The notes beneath the pieces were generated by a model, which searched no databases, was not told the DNA's origin, and saw nothing but the letters and a program-made list of their open reading frames with translations. The position numbers and the translations under genes were made by a program. Shown here in pieces: positions 18,225 to 27,069 of a stretch of 31,104 nucleotides of DNA. How positions within the stretch are numbered: the stretch's first letter is position 1; the number at the start of each line of letters is the position of its first letter. Location of the stretch: the IMG/VR virus record IMGVR_UViG_3300032301_000205, positions 1-31,104 of that record, one strand, 5' to 3'. The DNA is from a virus (lineage: Duplodnaviria; Caudoviricetes).

Positions 18225-18863
18225 CTATTGAATAGTGCTGACCTTCTTCTTGACGTTGTCTAACAGATGCAGATGGCTTTCCAGTTCTTTCTTTAGCGCA
18301 TCGCTATCAATCGTCTCAGTCACTTGCTCAACCCTGTCAGTAAACATACCGACTGCCTTACCGATCAGTTCTAGTGCTCTTAGCTTTCCGCTCTCACTTG
18401 TCTCTGCTTGGTTCACCTTGTCGAATAGTTCTTGCATGACGTATCGCCTTGCTGATGCATCACTCTCGACTACGTTTTGTTTTGTAGCCTCTAAGACTGA
18501 CTCTAGTTGCATACTGATTCTGCTGTCTCGCATTAGTCGGTTCGCATTGCCGATGATCGTTGCCCTTGTACTCCCCTTGCAGTCATAAGCAGTCTGATAG
18601 GCTGTGATGTGATCATTGCCTGACACTAGTAGGTTCACAAAGTGGATCATCTTGTTAGTCATTCGTTTATTGGTGCTACTGCTTGTTTCCTTTACTCTCA
18701 TCCCCTTTGGCTTACCGCTCTTAGTTCTCTTTACTTCTATAGCATCAATAGCTGACCGCATCCCTTCGGGGTCTCTGCCCGATCCTGTAATGCTTGCACC
18801 AGTCGCAATTGCATCAGTTGCATCACATTTAAGTGCATCGACAAACTCATTTCTGCTCTTCAT
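18225..18863 (-). CDS. terS: Terminase small subunit
   Basis: HTH-like FVNLL..G....AYQTAY and C-terminal KLRALELIGKAVGMF, upstream of TerL. Confidence 0.75.
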   Translation of the reverse strand: MKSRNEFVDALKCDATDAIATGASITGSGRDPEGMRSAIDAIEVKRTKSGKPKGMRVKETSSSTNKRMTNKMIHFVNLLVSGNDHITAYQTAYDCKGSTRATIIGNANRLMRDSRISMQLESVLEATKQNVVESDASARRYVMQELFDKVNQAETSESGKLRALELIGKAVGMFTDRVEQVTETIDSDALKKELESHLHLLDNVKKKVSTIQ

Positions 18864-18937
18864 TCTGTATTCCCCTTTGGTTACTACTCGTTAACATTCT
18901 GCCGATTGTCTTCGTTTAAACATGGTAAGTAAATGAG

Positions 18938-18964
18938 GTTCGCATTACGTTCGTTAACTGTTCG
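18938..18964. promoter_or_regulatory. Triple GTTCG direct repeat with 11-bp period (putative operator)
   Basis: GTTC-N7-GTTC-N7-GTTC at 18938, 18949 and 18960, upstream of terS. Confidence 0.5.
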
Positions 18965-19327
18965 CAACACTCATCGAAATTATTTTCGAGAGCACCCTGA
19001 CATTTTGCTTTTTGATTCGTCTCTGTATGTAAGACCCTAAGATTTTTTAGTGTCGATCGTCTTACTAATGCAGTCACTTACCACTGGAGAATCATCATCG
19101 AAAATCTAACCGCAAAACGTCTTAAAAATGCTTACCTGATAGCAAGGGAGATATTCCCTACATCTACCCCTAAGCAAGCAAGGTCTCTAGCTATAGCGCT
19201 GATCAGGGCATCCACTGCACTTCGTGCTGATCCCCCGCAGAGCCTGTTTAAATCAAGACCTGACTAGCTCATGACCTGAGCCTGTGGCAATAACCCTACG
19301 GATTAGTCGGGTTTAAAAAGAAAGTGT

Positions 19328-19358
19328 TTTACATAGGTTTAAACGTTCGTGCTAGTAT
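19328..19358 (+). promoter_or_regulatory. Putative early promoter (extended -10)
   Basis: TGcTAGTAT at 19350-19358. TTTACA at 19328 gives a long 19-nt spacer that contains GTTTAAAC. Confidence 0.5.
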
Positions 19359-19364
19359 TCGTTA

Positions 19365-19780
19365 TGTAGTAGATGCAAGCATCAAAAACGGTGAGTAACC
19401 ACCGACACGTCAGAGACCAGTGCGTGGATAAAGTAAAGGGTTGATCGCTGATACCAGTCAGATCTAAAACGAGGGTAGTCAATATGAGGACTTAAAACTC
19501 TACGTCAAAGGCTAGTAGGCTCTGCACCCTGATGGGATCATGCAACCGAACGAGATGCGAGACGAGGACGCAGACCTAGTAGATCGAACAATACTAGCGA
19601 GTTGACACTGTTCCGTAGCGATACGAGTTCTTTCTGACGTGCGAACCGAGAGCGTCAATAAACAAATGCGGGTAAACGTGCGATAGCAGAGCGTTGAAAA
19701 ACAAATGGCTCTTTAACGAGATTTAATCTCATGCCTCATTGCATACCAGTGAGGCAGAGGATGCAATCTCGCATCATTAC
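19365..19780 (+). ncRNA. Candidate large structured ncRNA / 5' leader
   Basis: No ORF of 60 aa or more. Nested helices CACGTCAGA/TCTGACGTG, AACTC/GAGTT, GTCAA/TTGAC, GCTAGTA/TACTAGC, a GCGA tetraloop hairpin and 3' hairpins. Confidence 0.6.
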
Positions 19781-19795
19781 TTGGAGGTTCAAACC

Positions 19796-19984
19796 ATGAC
19801 TATCAATTCATACAACGCAGTAGGTATTGCAGAGGGATTCATTGAGGCTGAATCGGAAGACCAAGTCATTGAGGCTTGGCAGTTTCTAGTTGACAGTGGT
19901 CTTGCTTGGCAGTTGCAAGGGTTCTTTGGTCGCACTGCGACTGATCTTATTGAGCGGGGAATTCTCTCTGCTCCATCAAACTAA
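19796..19984 (+). CDS. Small acidic early protein (start MTINSY)
   Basis: GGAGG RBS, AWQFLVDSGLAWQLQGFFGRTA motif. Confidence 0.75.
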   Translation: MTINSYNAVGIAEGFIEAESEDQVIEAWQFLVDSGLAWQLQGFFGRTATDLIERGILSAPSN

Positions 19985-19994
19985 GGAGGCTTTC

Positions 19995-20096
19995 GTGCGA
20001 CATCTATTTGATCTTGCAGTTGCAGTAGTTGTAGCAATCATTCTAGGCAACGTGGCGGTTGCCCTTACTAATCATTACCTTGGAGGTGCGCTTTGA
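19995..20096 (+). CDS. 33-aa single-TM peptide
   Basis: AAGGAGG then GTG at 19995, hydrophobic LAVAVVVAIILG, stop overlaps the next start. Confidence 0.55.
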   Translation: MRHLFDLAVAVVVAIILGNVAVALTNHYLGGAL

Positions 20097-20656
20097 GTAC
20101 ACGTGAAGACTGGCTTAACAATGCGGTGGTCGAGGTCAGACCAATCTTTGAATCAAAGGGATATCCGCTCCCGCAAAACATACGAGTGACGTGTGGTTTC
20201 CCATCCCGCCATGCTCGTTCCCTTAATCGTGCCATCGGTGAGCACTGGTCTTCCAGTGCATCGGACGATGCTACCCATGAGATCTTGATCTCCCCAGTGG
20301 TAGACGATCCGTTTGAAGTTTTTGGCATCCTGATCCATGAGTTGGCACATAGTGCTACTGACGGTGACGGTCATCGTGGTCGCTTTCCCCATTGCGTTAA
20401 AGCCCTGTGGCTTGAGGGCAGACCGAGTAGTACATCGGTGGGCAAAGTGTTTCGAGATAATCTTAGCGATTTGATTGATTCACTGGGGGCTTATCCCCAT
20501 GCCCGTTTAAACGTGGGGCTTAATCGCAAGACGCAGAGCACTCGTATGCTTAAAGCGTGTTGCCCGCAGTGTGGTTACACCATTCGGTTGTCAAACAAGT
20601 GGGCTGATGTCGGTCTACCTGATTGCCCTGTCGATGGTACGCAGTTCGTTCTTTAA
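20093..20656 (+). CDS. SprT-like zinc metalloprotease with C-terminal Zn ribbon
   Basis: HELAH...GH..F motif and CPQC...CPVD. Confidence 0.75.
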   Translation: MSTREDWLNNAVVEVRPIFESKGYPLPQNIRVTCGFPSRHARSLNRAIGEHWSSSASDDATHEILISPVVDDPFEVFGILIHELAHSATDGDGHRGRFPHCVKALWLEGRPSSTSVGKVFRDNLSDLIDSLGAYPHARLNVGLNRKTQSTRMLKACCPQCGYTIRLSNKWADVGLPDCPVDGTQFVL

Positions 20657-20679
20657 TCTTTTTTTCGAGGCTCAAAATC

Positions 20680-22152
20680 GTGAATACAAATACACAACGT
20701 CAGTTATCCCTTATCCCACTAGGTGTTTTGAAGACTGCTCTTGCTCAAAACAACCTTCCTATAACGAACGATAAAGCTGAGGCGGTTAACGCTCTCATTC
20801 CACTGGTTGACAGTGGTGTCGTGTCTCTTGATTCAATCAAGGCAAACAAGGCTACTGCAGTGGGTAGCCCTGTGATCCCTGATGAAGTTCGCAAGTCTAT
20901 TGCTGATGCAGTCGTGCAGTCTCAGACCGCAGTCAAAGATGTCAACACCTTGCGTGATGCAGTTAGTCGTTTGCTTGATGAGACATTGAAAACTCAGAGC
21001 GGTATTGAGCATGACTTCAAGGAGTTGTCTACCAAGTTGACTGCTAAGGCTGATTCGATTCAACGTCCAGTAGTTGACCAAGATGCAATCACTGCAAGCA
21101 TTCAGTCTGAGGTGTCCAAGTTGTTTGATTCATTCCGCAAGACTGTGCCCAAGGCAAAGCTTGAAGAGATCGCTCAGTCTGTTCCCGCTTTACAGTTGCG
21201 TAAGGTTCGTGACGTGTTCACTGGTTGCCAGTTGTCGTATGACGTAGGCGGTGAGCACATCGACTTTAGCGACTTGGAAGTTGGTGTATGGAACGATGCG
21301 AACGCACCTAAGTTGGTTGATGACTACATCTTCAACCCTCAGCACTTGCATCAAGCTTTGGTTGCGCTTGATAACCCATTGCCTGACAACGTGTGGCTTG
21401 CGGGTGAACGTGGCACAGGCAAGACTGAGTTCGTAACGCAGTTGGCATCACGTCTTGGTCGTAGGTTGTACAAGGTCAGCTTTGATGAGGCTCTTGAACG
21501 TGCTGAGTTCATCGGTGGTAACACGATCGAGAACGGTAACGTGGTGTGGAAAGCGGGTGTCATTACCCAAGCAATCTCTCACACTGGTGCAATCGTTCTG
21601 CTTGACGAGATCGGTTTCGCTAGAGCACAGAACCTTGCAGTACTTCATGCAGTGACTGAGCACTCGCCTCATCGTGCACTTGTGATTGCTGAGACTGGTG
21701 TACGTTTTCCTGTTGCCTCGCACGTTGCATTCTTTTGCGCTGATAACAGTAACGGTCATGGTGATGCATCGGGTAACTTTGCGGGTGTTCGTGATCAGAA
21801 CACTGCATTCATTGATCGCTTTAGTTACACCTTGCAGTTCGAGTACTTGCCACAAGCCGATGAAGTTGCATTGATCTGCAAGCGCACAGGGTTACCAGTT
21901 GATGCGACTGAGATCCTTGTGAAGTTTGCTAACGTGGCACGTGAGAAAGCAAGAGCGGGAATACTTACTCAGCCACCTAGTCTACGTCAGTTGTTTGCAT
22001 GGGCTAGAGCAATTCAAAAGGGTATACCGATTGGTGTTGCATTCTCGAATGCAATCGTCAACAAGTTCCCCGCTGATTGCGAGAGCGAGTTGCGTGGTGT
22101 GTTCTCTGCCACGATTGATGTAACTAATTTGAAATCTTTCTTAACCAAATAG
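20680..22152 (+). CDS. MoxR/CbbQ/CobS-family AAA+ ATPase with N-terminal coiled coil
   Basis: GERGTGKT, VLLDE, DNSNG, AFIDRF and SLRQL motifs. GTG start at 20680 after GAGG. Confidence 0.85.
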   Translation: MNTNTQRQLSLIPLGVLKTALAQNNLPITNDKAEAVNALIPLVDSGVVSLDSIKANKATAVGSPVIPDEVRKSIADAVVQSQTAVKDVNTLRDAVSRLLDETLKTQSGIEHDFKELSTKLTAKADSIQRPVVDQDAITASIQSEVSKLFDSFRKTVPKAKLEEIAQSVPALQLRKVRDVFTGCQLSYDVGGEHIDFSDLEVGVWNDANAPKLVDDYIFNPQHLHQALVALDNPLPDNVWLAGERGTGKTEFVTQLASRLGRRLYKVSFDEALERAEFIGGNTIENGNVVWKAGVITQAISHTGAIVLLDEIGFARAQNLAVLHAVTEHSPHRALVIAETGVRFPVASHVAFFCADNSNGHGDASGNFAGVRDQNTAFIDRFSYTLQFEYLPQADEVALICKRTGLPVDATEILVKFANVAREKARAGILTQPPSLRQLFAWARAIQKGIPIGVAFSNAIVNKFPADCESELRGVFSATIDVTNLKSFLTK

Positions 22153-22162
22153 TGGGGGGCAT

Positions 22163-23149
22163 ATGCTCGGAATTCATGCAAAGCGTGGGATCGCAACAAC
22201 CCTTGAACGTGTATTCAAAAACACTGGCAATGCGTTCAATAAGCTTGAAGTACTTTGGACTGGCAAGACTGCGGGAATCATCTTTAGTCGATACGATAAC
22301 AACGTGATCGATGCTAAGTTGATCTTCCCCGCAATCGATGAGACTGTTGAGATCTCTAACAGTAAGTTCAGTAACCTCATCGGGTATGCATTGCACGAGT
22401 TAGGTCATGCTTGGTTTACTACCAACAAACCTTGGGATCTTGCTCGTGAAAAGCATGGCAAGTTTGTCAGTAATTTGATCAACGGTCTTGAAGATCCTCG
22501 CATCGAGCGTAAGGTAATCGAATCAGGCTACGCACCTAACAGTCGTGCTCTGTTCGTTGACCTGATTAATTCGGTGTTATCCAAAGACGGTTACGTTGAT
22601 CCCGCTGAGAAATGTCAGATCCCTTTCATCCTCGCTGTTGAGGGTAGACGTTTAAACGGTTATGACATTAACGTGCCAAACATCATTGATCAATCGCCTT
22701 ATGCCAAGCATTTGCACTGGGCTTTAGATCGTGCTCGTATTGCTACTAGCACCGCTGACATTGTGAAGATCGCTCTGAAGTTGTTTGATCTTTTGAAAGA
22801 GCAAGATCAGCAGAGTGAGGGGCAAGACGATGGTGATGGTGAAGAGGGTCAGCAAGGCAACGAGAAAGGCGATCAGCAAGGCGATCAGCAAGGTGACGGT
22901 GAGGGTGCTGAGGGTAACAAGCCAAGCGATCAGCAAGGCGATCAACAAGGTGACGGTGATGGTGACGAACCTAGCGACAAGCCTAGCAACAAAGGCAAGG
23001 GCAAAGGTAGTTACGATGACAAAGGTCGTGACGTTGAACCCACTAGCTTTATCGAGGATGAATTAAAAAACGAATCAAGTACTGTTGATGACAGACGTGC
23101 TCGTCCGATAGTGCTTAAACCAGTGGTACAAACTTTTGATTGGAGGTAA
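22163..23149 (+). CDS. CobT-like N-terminal protein (HExxH domain plus acidic linker)
   Basis: LHELGH...NGLEDPRIE and a D/Q/G/E-rich tail, following the AAA gene. Confidence 0.75.
   Translation: MLGIHAKRGIATTLERVFKNTGNAFNKLEVLWTGKTAGIIFSRYDNNVIDAKLIFPAIDETVEISNSKFSNLIGYALHELGHAWFTTNKPWDLAREKHGKFVSNLINGLEDPRIERKVIESGYAPNSRALFVDLINSVLSKDGYVDPAEKCQIPFILAVEGRRLNGYDINVPNIIDQSPYAKHLHWALDRARIATSTADIVKIALKLFDLLKEQDQQSEGQDDGDGEEGQQGNEKGDQQGDQQGDGEGAEGNKPSDQQGDQQGDGDGDEPSDKPSNKGKGKGSYDDKGRDVEPTSFIEDELKNESSTVDDRRARPIVLKPVVQTFDWR
22850..22990 (+). repeat. GATCAGCAAGGC-type coding repeats (DQQG linker)
   Basis: DQQGDQQGDG occurs twice, 57 bp apart, and KPSD/KPSN is repeated. Confidence 0.7.
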
Positions 23150-23152
23150 GTC

Positions 23153-23959
23153 GTGAACCTTAATAAATTAGAATGCGAACAACGATTCGCTTTGCATTTC
23201 GGTGATCAGCCTGTTGGCTTAGGTGCTACTCGTGCAAACATCACGAGGTTGTTGCGCTCAGTTGACTTGGTTGGTTGGTCTTCACATGAGGAATCAGGAC
23301 GTGTCGATCGTAAAGCGTTTACACGCTTTGCTACTGGCAGTACTGCGGTCTTCTCTAAACGTCAGCACGTTGAGGCTACCAAGTCTGCGGTGTCTATCTT
23401 GGTTGACTGCTCAGGATCTATGAATGAGTACGGTCGCATTCAGACTGCTCAGGCAATCGTGATTCAGTTGTCTCGCATCCTCGATAAGTCGGACGTTTCA
23501 TTCAACGTGACTGGGTTCTACGGTCGCAGTGCTGAGACTGCTCTAAGGGCTACTGGTGCTACCCCATTGAATGACGTTGCCTTGGTAGAGCAAGCAGTGT
23601 TTGTGCCATTCAAGACTTGGAAAGAGAACCTTGCTCGTGCATCATCTAAGCTTGGATCTTTAAACCAGTGGGCGCAGAAATCAACACCTGACTACTCAGC
23701 ATTATCGATCTCGATCGAGGAGTTAAGCAGACGTGAAGAGGATCGTAAGATTCTATTCTTGATCACTGATGCAGACGGTTACAACAAGGCGCACATCAAG
23801 CATCTGCAAGACTTAGCTGACAAGTTGAATGTGAAGATCATTGCGATTGGTATCGGTGACACTGACGTGCCAAAGGTATTCAAGAGCGGTGACAACGTAC
23901 TCAACGTAGCAGACCTTGCATCCGCATCGTTTAACAAACTACTTAAGGAGTTGAAATAA
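23153..23959 (+). CDS. von Willebrand factor A domain protein (CobT C-terminal-like)
   Basis: MIDAS DCSGS, STPD and ITDADG motifs. GGAGG RBS and GTG start. Confidence 0.85.
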   Translation: MNLNKLECEQRFALHFGDQPVGLGATRANITRLLRSVDLVGWSSHEESGRVDRKAFTRFATGSTAVFSKRQHVEATKSAVSILVDCSGSMNEYGRIQTAQAIVIQLSRILDKSDVSFNVTGFYGRSAETALRATGATPLNDVALVEQAVFVPFKTWKENLARASSKLGSLNQWAQKSTPDYSALSISIEELSRREEDRKILFLITDADGYNKAHIKHLQDLADKLNVKIIAIGIGDTDVPKVFKSGDNVLNVADLASASFNKLLKELK

Positions 23960-24300
23960 TGACTGATACAAACTATGACTGGGAGAAAGAGTTAGATTCT
24001 TGGGAGGATAAGTATCAACCCATCAAGAATCATATTGCTAGTGAAAAAGGTGAAGACGATGATAAGTTCGAAACCTTTGGAAGAGAGCTAGAGTATGTTC
24101 TTAGCATAGCCAATTCCGAACCCAATAGGGTTTGGACTTTGGTTGATGGCGATGATGGTAACTTGTACATCGTCAACGGTTATCACCTTATTAATAGGAT
24201 TAATTATTTCATTACGACTAATGCATTCGAGGGCGAGTTTTTAGAAGTGCCTTACTACATATTTGAAGAATCAGAAGAGGAGGAGTTGAGTTATGAATAA
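23959..24300 (+). CDS. Acidic hypothetical protein
   Basis: FETFGRELEYV...RVWTLVDGDDG...G.H.INRI.Y pattern, TAATG coupling. Confidence 0.75.
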   Translation: MTDTNYDWEKELDSWEDKYQPIKNHIASEKGEDDDKFETFGRELEYVLSIANSEPNRVWTLVDGDDGNLYIVNGYHLINRINYFITTNAFEGEFLEVPYYIFEESEEEELSYE

Positions 24301-24478
24301 TAAATTTGGTGACTTGGACTTAGCATACGCAGTGGATCTACTGGGTAGGCTTACAGAATCCATCGAGACATACCTTGATGATGATCGATGGGATGGTATT
24401 GATGTAATGCATGACGAGATCAAAGAATCCAATCGACTGATAAAGAAGTACTACAAACTTATTAAGGAGGTAGCATGA
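24293..24478 (+). CDS. Small acidic hypothetical protein
   Basis: GGAG RBS, coupled in the operon. Confidence 0.7.
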   Translation: MNNKFGDLDLAYAVDLLGRLTESIETYLDDDRWDGIDVMHDEIKESNRLIKKYYKLIKEVA

Positions 24479-24636
24479 CTTACGAGCAATTGAAAGACTT
24501 GGTTGGTGAAGACAATGCGATTAGGGTGTATGACTACTTCATTGAGTTCACCGTTGATAATCTTGTGCAGTTGGTACTGGATGGCTTTACACCCAGTCAA
24601 TTACTTAATTTAGCAAAGGAGTTAAATGATGACTAA
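24475..24636 (+). CDS. 53-aa hypothetical protein (not in ORF track)
   Basis: AAGGAGG plus ATG, hand translation MTYEQLKDLVGEDNA...KELNDD. Confidence 0.65.
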   Translation: MTYEQLKDLVGEDNAIRVYDYFIEFTVDNLVQLVLDGFTPSQLLNLAKELNDD

Positions 24637-24910
24637 TCCCGACCGTTGGTTACAGAGTTGTGCCGAGGACGCAATGGATGATGAAGATTATCCTGAGCGG
24701 TTGCATGAGGAGTGCTGTGACATCGAGCAGAGTATTGCTAAGAATGGCATCGATGATTCTGAGCATGACTTCTCTGACACGATCTGCAATTACCAATCCC
24801 GAATCATGCAAGCGATTGCACAGGGTGATGACGTGATGACCTTGATGCTTGTCAAGGAAGTCTATGACATTGAATTAAAAGCTATGGCAGAAAGGAACAT
24901 AGGAGATTGA
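24626..24910 (+). CDS. Very acidic hypothetical protein
   Basis: AAGGAG RBS, D/E-rich, last gene before the terminator. Confidence 0.7.
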   Translation: MMTNPDRWLQSCAEDAMDDEDYPERLHEECCDIEQSIAKNGIDDSEHDFSDTICNYQSRIMQAIAQGDDVMTLMLVKEVYDIELKAMAERNIGD

Positions 24911-24959
24911 TGAAACTAAGGAGGGAAAATCGAACCAGTTCCCTCCCCTCCCCAAGGGA

Positions 24960-24997
24960 ATTCCCCCAAAGCTTTCGAGCCGAGGGGGATTTTTTTT
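24960..24997 (+). terminator. Rho-independent terminator of the early operon
   Basis: TCCCCC...GGGGGA stem followed by T8, between convergent genes. Confidence 0.7.
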
Positions 24998-25070
24998 GCC
25001 TACAAAACCTACGCCAGAAAGACTTAGGTCGTTTAAACGCTTTACCTGCTGATACCTGCCGATACCTATT

Positions 25071-26777
25071 TCAGAACTGATCCTTGGTTTCGTAATATGT
25101 TCCAGTCACCTTGTTGTACCCAAGAGTGGTTTCCCCTTGTGTACCAACCCAACGAAACCTACACTTCCAAACCGCAATCTCCACGTCATTCGTTTTGGTA
25201 CGATGGATCGTCAGACCGCAATCTGCCTTAGCCCACCATGCCATTGAACCCGAGATAGCCATACCATCAGGACGTGGTAAATCCATGCCTGAGCGGGTGA
25301 TCTTGGATGGGTGAGCCACGAACCATATGTGTACCCCATAAGCCTTGGCAAATGCTTGCATTCTCGTCAGCATTGAAGAGATAAACTCGTGCTCTGCCTG
25401 TCCACCCTTGTTCTCAATGTAGTTGTATGGATCGATTACCAATCCCCTGATCCCCGTTCTCGCTACTGCAACCTTGGCACGATCCAATATGGAATCGATA
25501 GTCGAGGGTTCTGCTCCCTCTGAATCCATAAACATAAAGTGATTCTCTACCCATTCGAATGCCTCAGTCTTATCCGTATCGGTCATGCGGTTTGAACCTT
25601 CAAAGAACCGCTTTTCCTTATAAATTTCCATGAGTCTAGAGATGTGAATCTCAGGCTGATTTTCAAATGAGCACAACGCAAACTTCCAATCATGAGCCTT
25701 AGCTAAGTTGACCATGAGTTGGTCGACAAAGTTGGACTTACCGCAAGATGGATAACCTGTAACAATACTGAGTTGACCTTGGGCAATTGTGTAAATCTCA
25801 TCTACGTTGGAGTAACCTGTTGAGACTCCTTTACCTGTGCCTTTACCCCATAGGTCGTTTAAACGCTCAGAGAACTTGCTGGCGGATGAGAGTCCCGCTA
25901 CTGGATACGGCTCGGCAGTCTCAATTATTTGTTTAACCGCATCCGCTCCCTCAGCAAGAAAAGCCTCATTCAAATCCTTGAAACTAAATTTGGCTACACG
26001 ACACTTGTCCTTGCCGATACGTCTTGCTAATTCCTCAGCCAATGCCTGTCCCGCAGTATCAGTATCAGTTGCGATCGTGACGTACGGTGCTTTCTCTAGA
26101 ATGTCGAATGCATTCCACACAAAGCTGAACTTCTTATCCTCGGAGGCATCAACCTTTCCATCTGAAACTTTAATTGGTGCGCCACTTGGAACTGAGACTA
26201 CGTTTTCTATTCCGCATTCCATTAGTGTTAACGCATCGATCTCGCCCTCCACGATGACTACTGGTTTAGTTGGATCCACCTTATCAATGCAAAAGAAATC
26301 TTGCGCCCCGCCCATATCTTGGGTAAAGTCTTTTGATTCAATACTCCGATACTTTGCGGAGATGAACTTACCATTTTTGAAATACGGAAAGCCAATTGCA
26401 TCAGTCTTTTTATTTAATCGCTGAAAGTATTTTTCAGCGGGGAATAGTTTCATCTCATCAGCAATGCGCTCAGAGATGCCTCTTGTCTTTAAGAAATCGT
26501 AATGTTGCGTTTCTAATTTTATTTCGTCAAATTTTCTTAGTGCGACTACGGTGTTCATAGAATTCTCCATGCGTGGGATAGGTTTTAAATTTTTTTTGAA
26601 TGGCACAAAACCGCTGATGTTGCAATGATGGCAATAGTATGCCCATCCATCGGATTTGGTTTTGATATCTAGATCTTGCTGATTGTATTTTTTCCGCTCG
26701 TGTGAGCATTCGGGGCACGTCACCCTACTATGATTATTAACGTGCAAAGACGAAACGAAATCTTCTACTGCTATCAA
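25071..26777 (-). CDS. Primase-helicase (T7 gp4/Twinkle-like)
   Basis: Zn finger CPEC...CHHC, TOPRIM EGEIDAL/DTD/KDLNE, SF4 helicase GYPSCGKS and VIDPY. AGGAGG plus TTG start. Confidence 0.92.
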   Translation of the reverse strand: MIAVEDFVSSLHVNNHSRVTCPECSHERKKYNQQDLDIKTKSDGWAYYCHHCNISGFVPFKKNLKPIPRMENSMNTVVALRKFDEIKLETQHYDFLKTRGISERIADEMKLFPAEKYFQRLNKKTDAIGFPYFKNGKFISAKYRSIESKDFTQDMGGAQDFFCIDKVDPTKPVVIVEGEIDALTLMECGIENVVSVPSGAPIKVSDGKVDASEDKKFSFVWNAFDILEKAPYVTIATDTDTAGQALAEELARRIGKDKCRVAKFSFKDLNEAFLAEGADAVKQIIETAEPYPVAGLSSASKFSERLNDLWGKGTGKGVSTGYSNVDEIYTIAQGQLSIVTGYPSCGKSNFVDQLMVNLAKAHDWKFALCSFENQPEIHISRLMEIYKEKRFFEGSNRMTDTDKTEAFEWVENHFMFMDSEGAEPSTIDSILDRAKVAVARTGIRGLVIDPYNYIENKGGQAEHEFISSMLTRMQAFAKAYGVHIWFVAHPSKITRSGMDLPRPDGMAISGSMAWWAKADCGLTIHRTKTNDVEIAVWKCRFRWVGTQGETTLGYNKVTGTYYETKDQF

Positions 26778-26793
26778 GTGAGCCTCCTAGTTG

Positions 26794-27069
26794 TTACTTC
26801 TTAGACTTGTTTACTTTAACCGTGTGATCGCTATTGCGGGTAAAGGAACGGTTGTTTGTTGGTGATTTTAATTTTAAGTTACTGGGTTTATTTGTTCCCC
26901 CTTTAGAGAGTGGAATGACATGATCAATGTCTTTGCCTTGTCTGTCAACACCTTTCTTATCTAATGCGTAACGTGCTCTAGCACGTGCATTACGTGAGGG
27001 TTGCTCTCCACGTTCTTTTTCTTGTTGATATTCTTTTTTGTATGGACGTGGCTTGGTTGTGTATGGCAT
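26794..27069 (-). CDS. Small HNH endonuclease-like protein
   Basis: DIDHVIPLSKGGTN...NL......NR. Confidence 0.75.
   Translation of the reverse strand: MPYTTKPRPYKKEYQQEKERGEQPSRNARARARYALDKKGVDRQGKDIDHVIPLSKGGTNKPSNLKLKSPTNNRSFTRNSDHTVKVNKSKK

Noticed and set aside
19365-19780. tRNA, tmRNA or group II intron
   Set aside because: No T-loop/CCA cloverleaf, tmRNA ends or domain V hairpin recognised.
20680-23959. Cobalamin biosynthesis (cobS/cobT) auxiliary metabolic genes
   Set aside because: There is no cobN or other pathway gene. The MoxR-vWA family is broad, so gene symbols were withheld.
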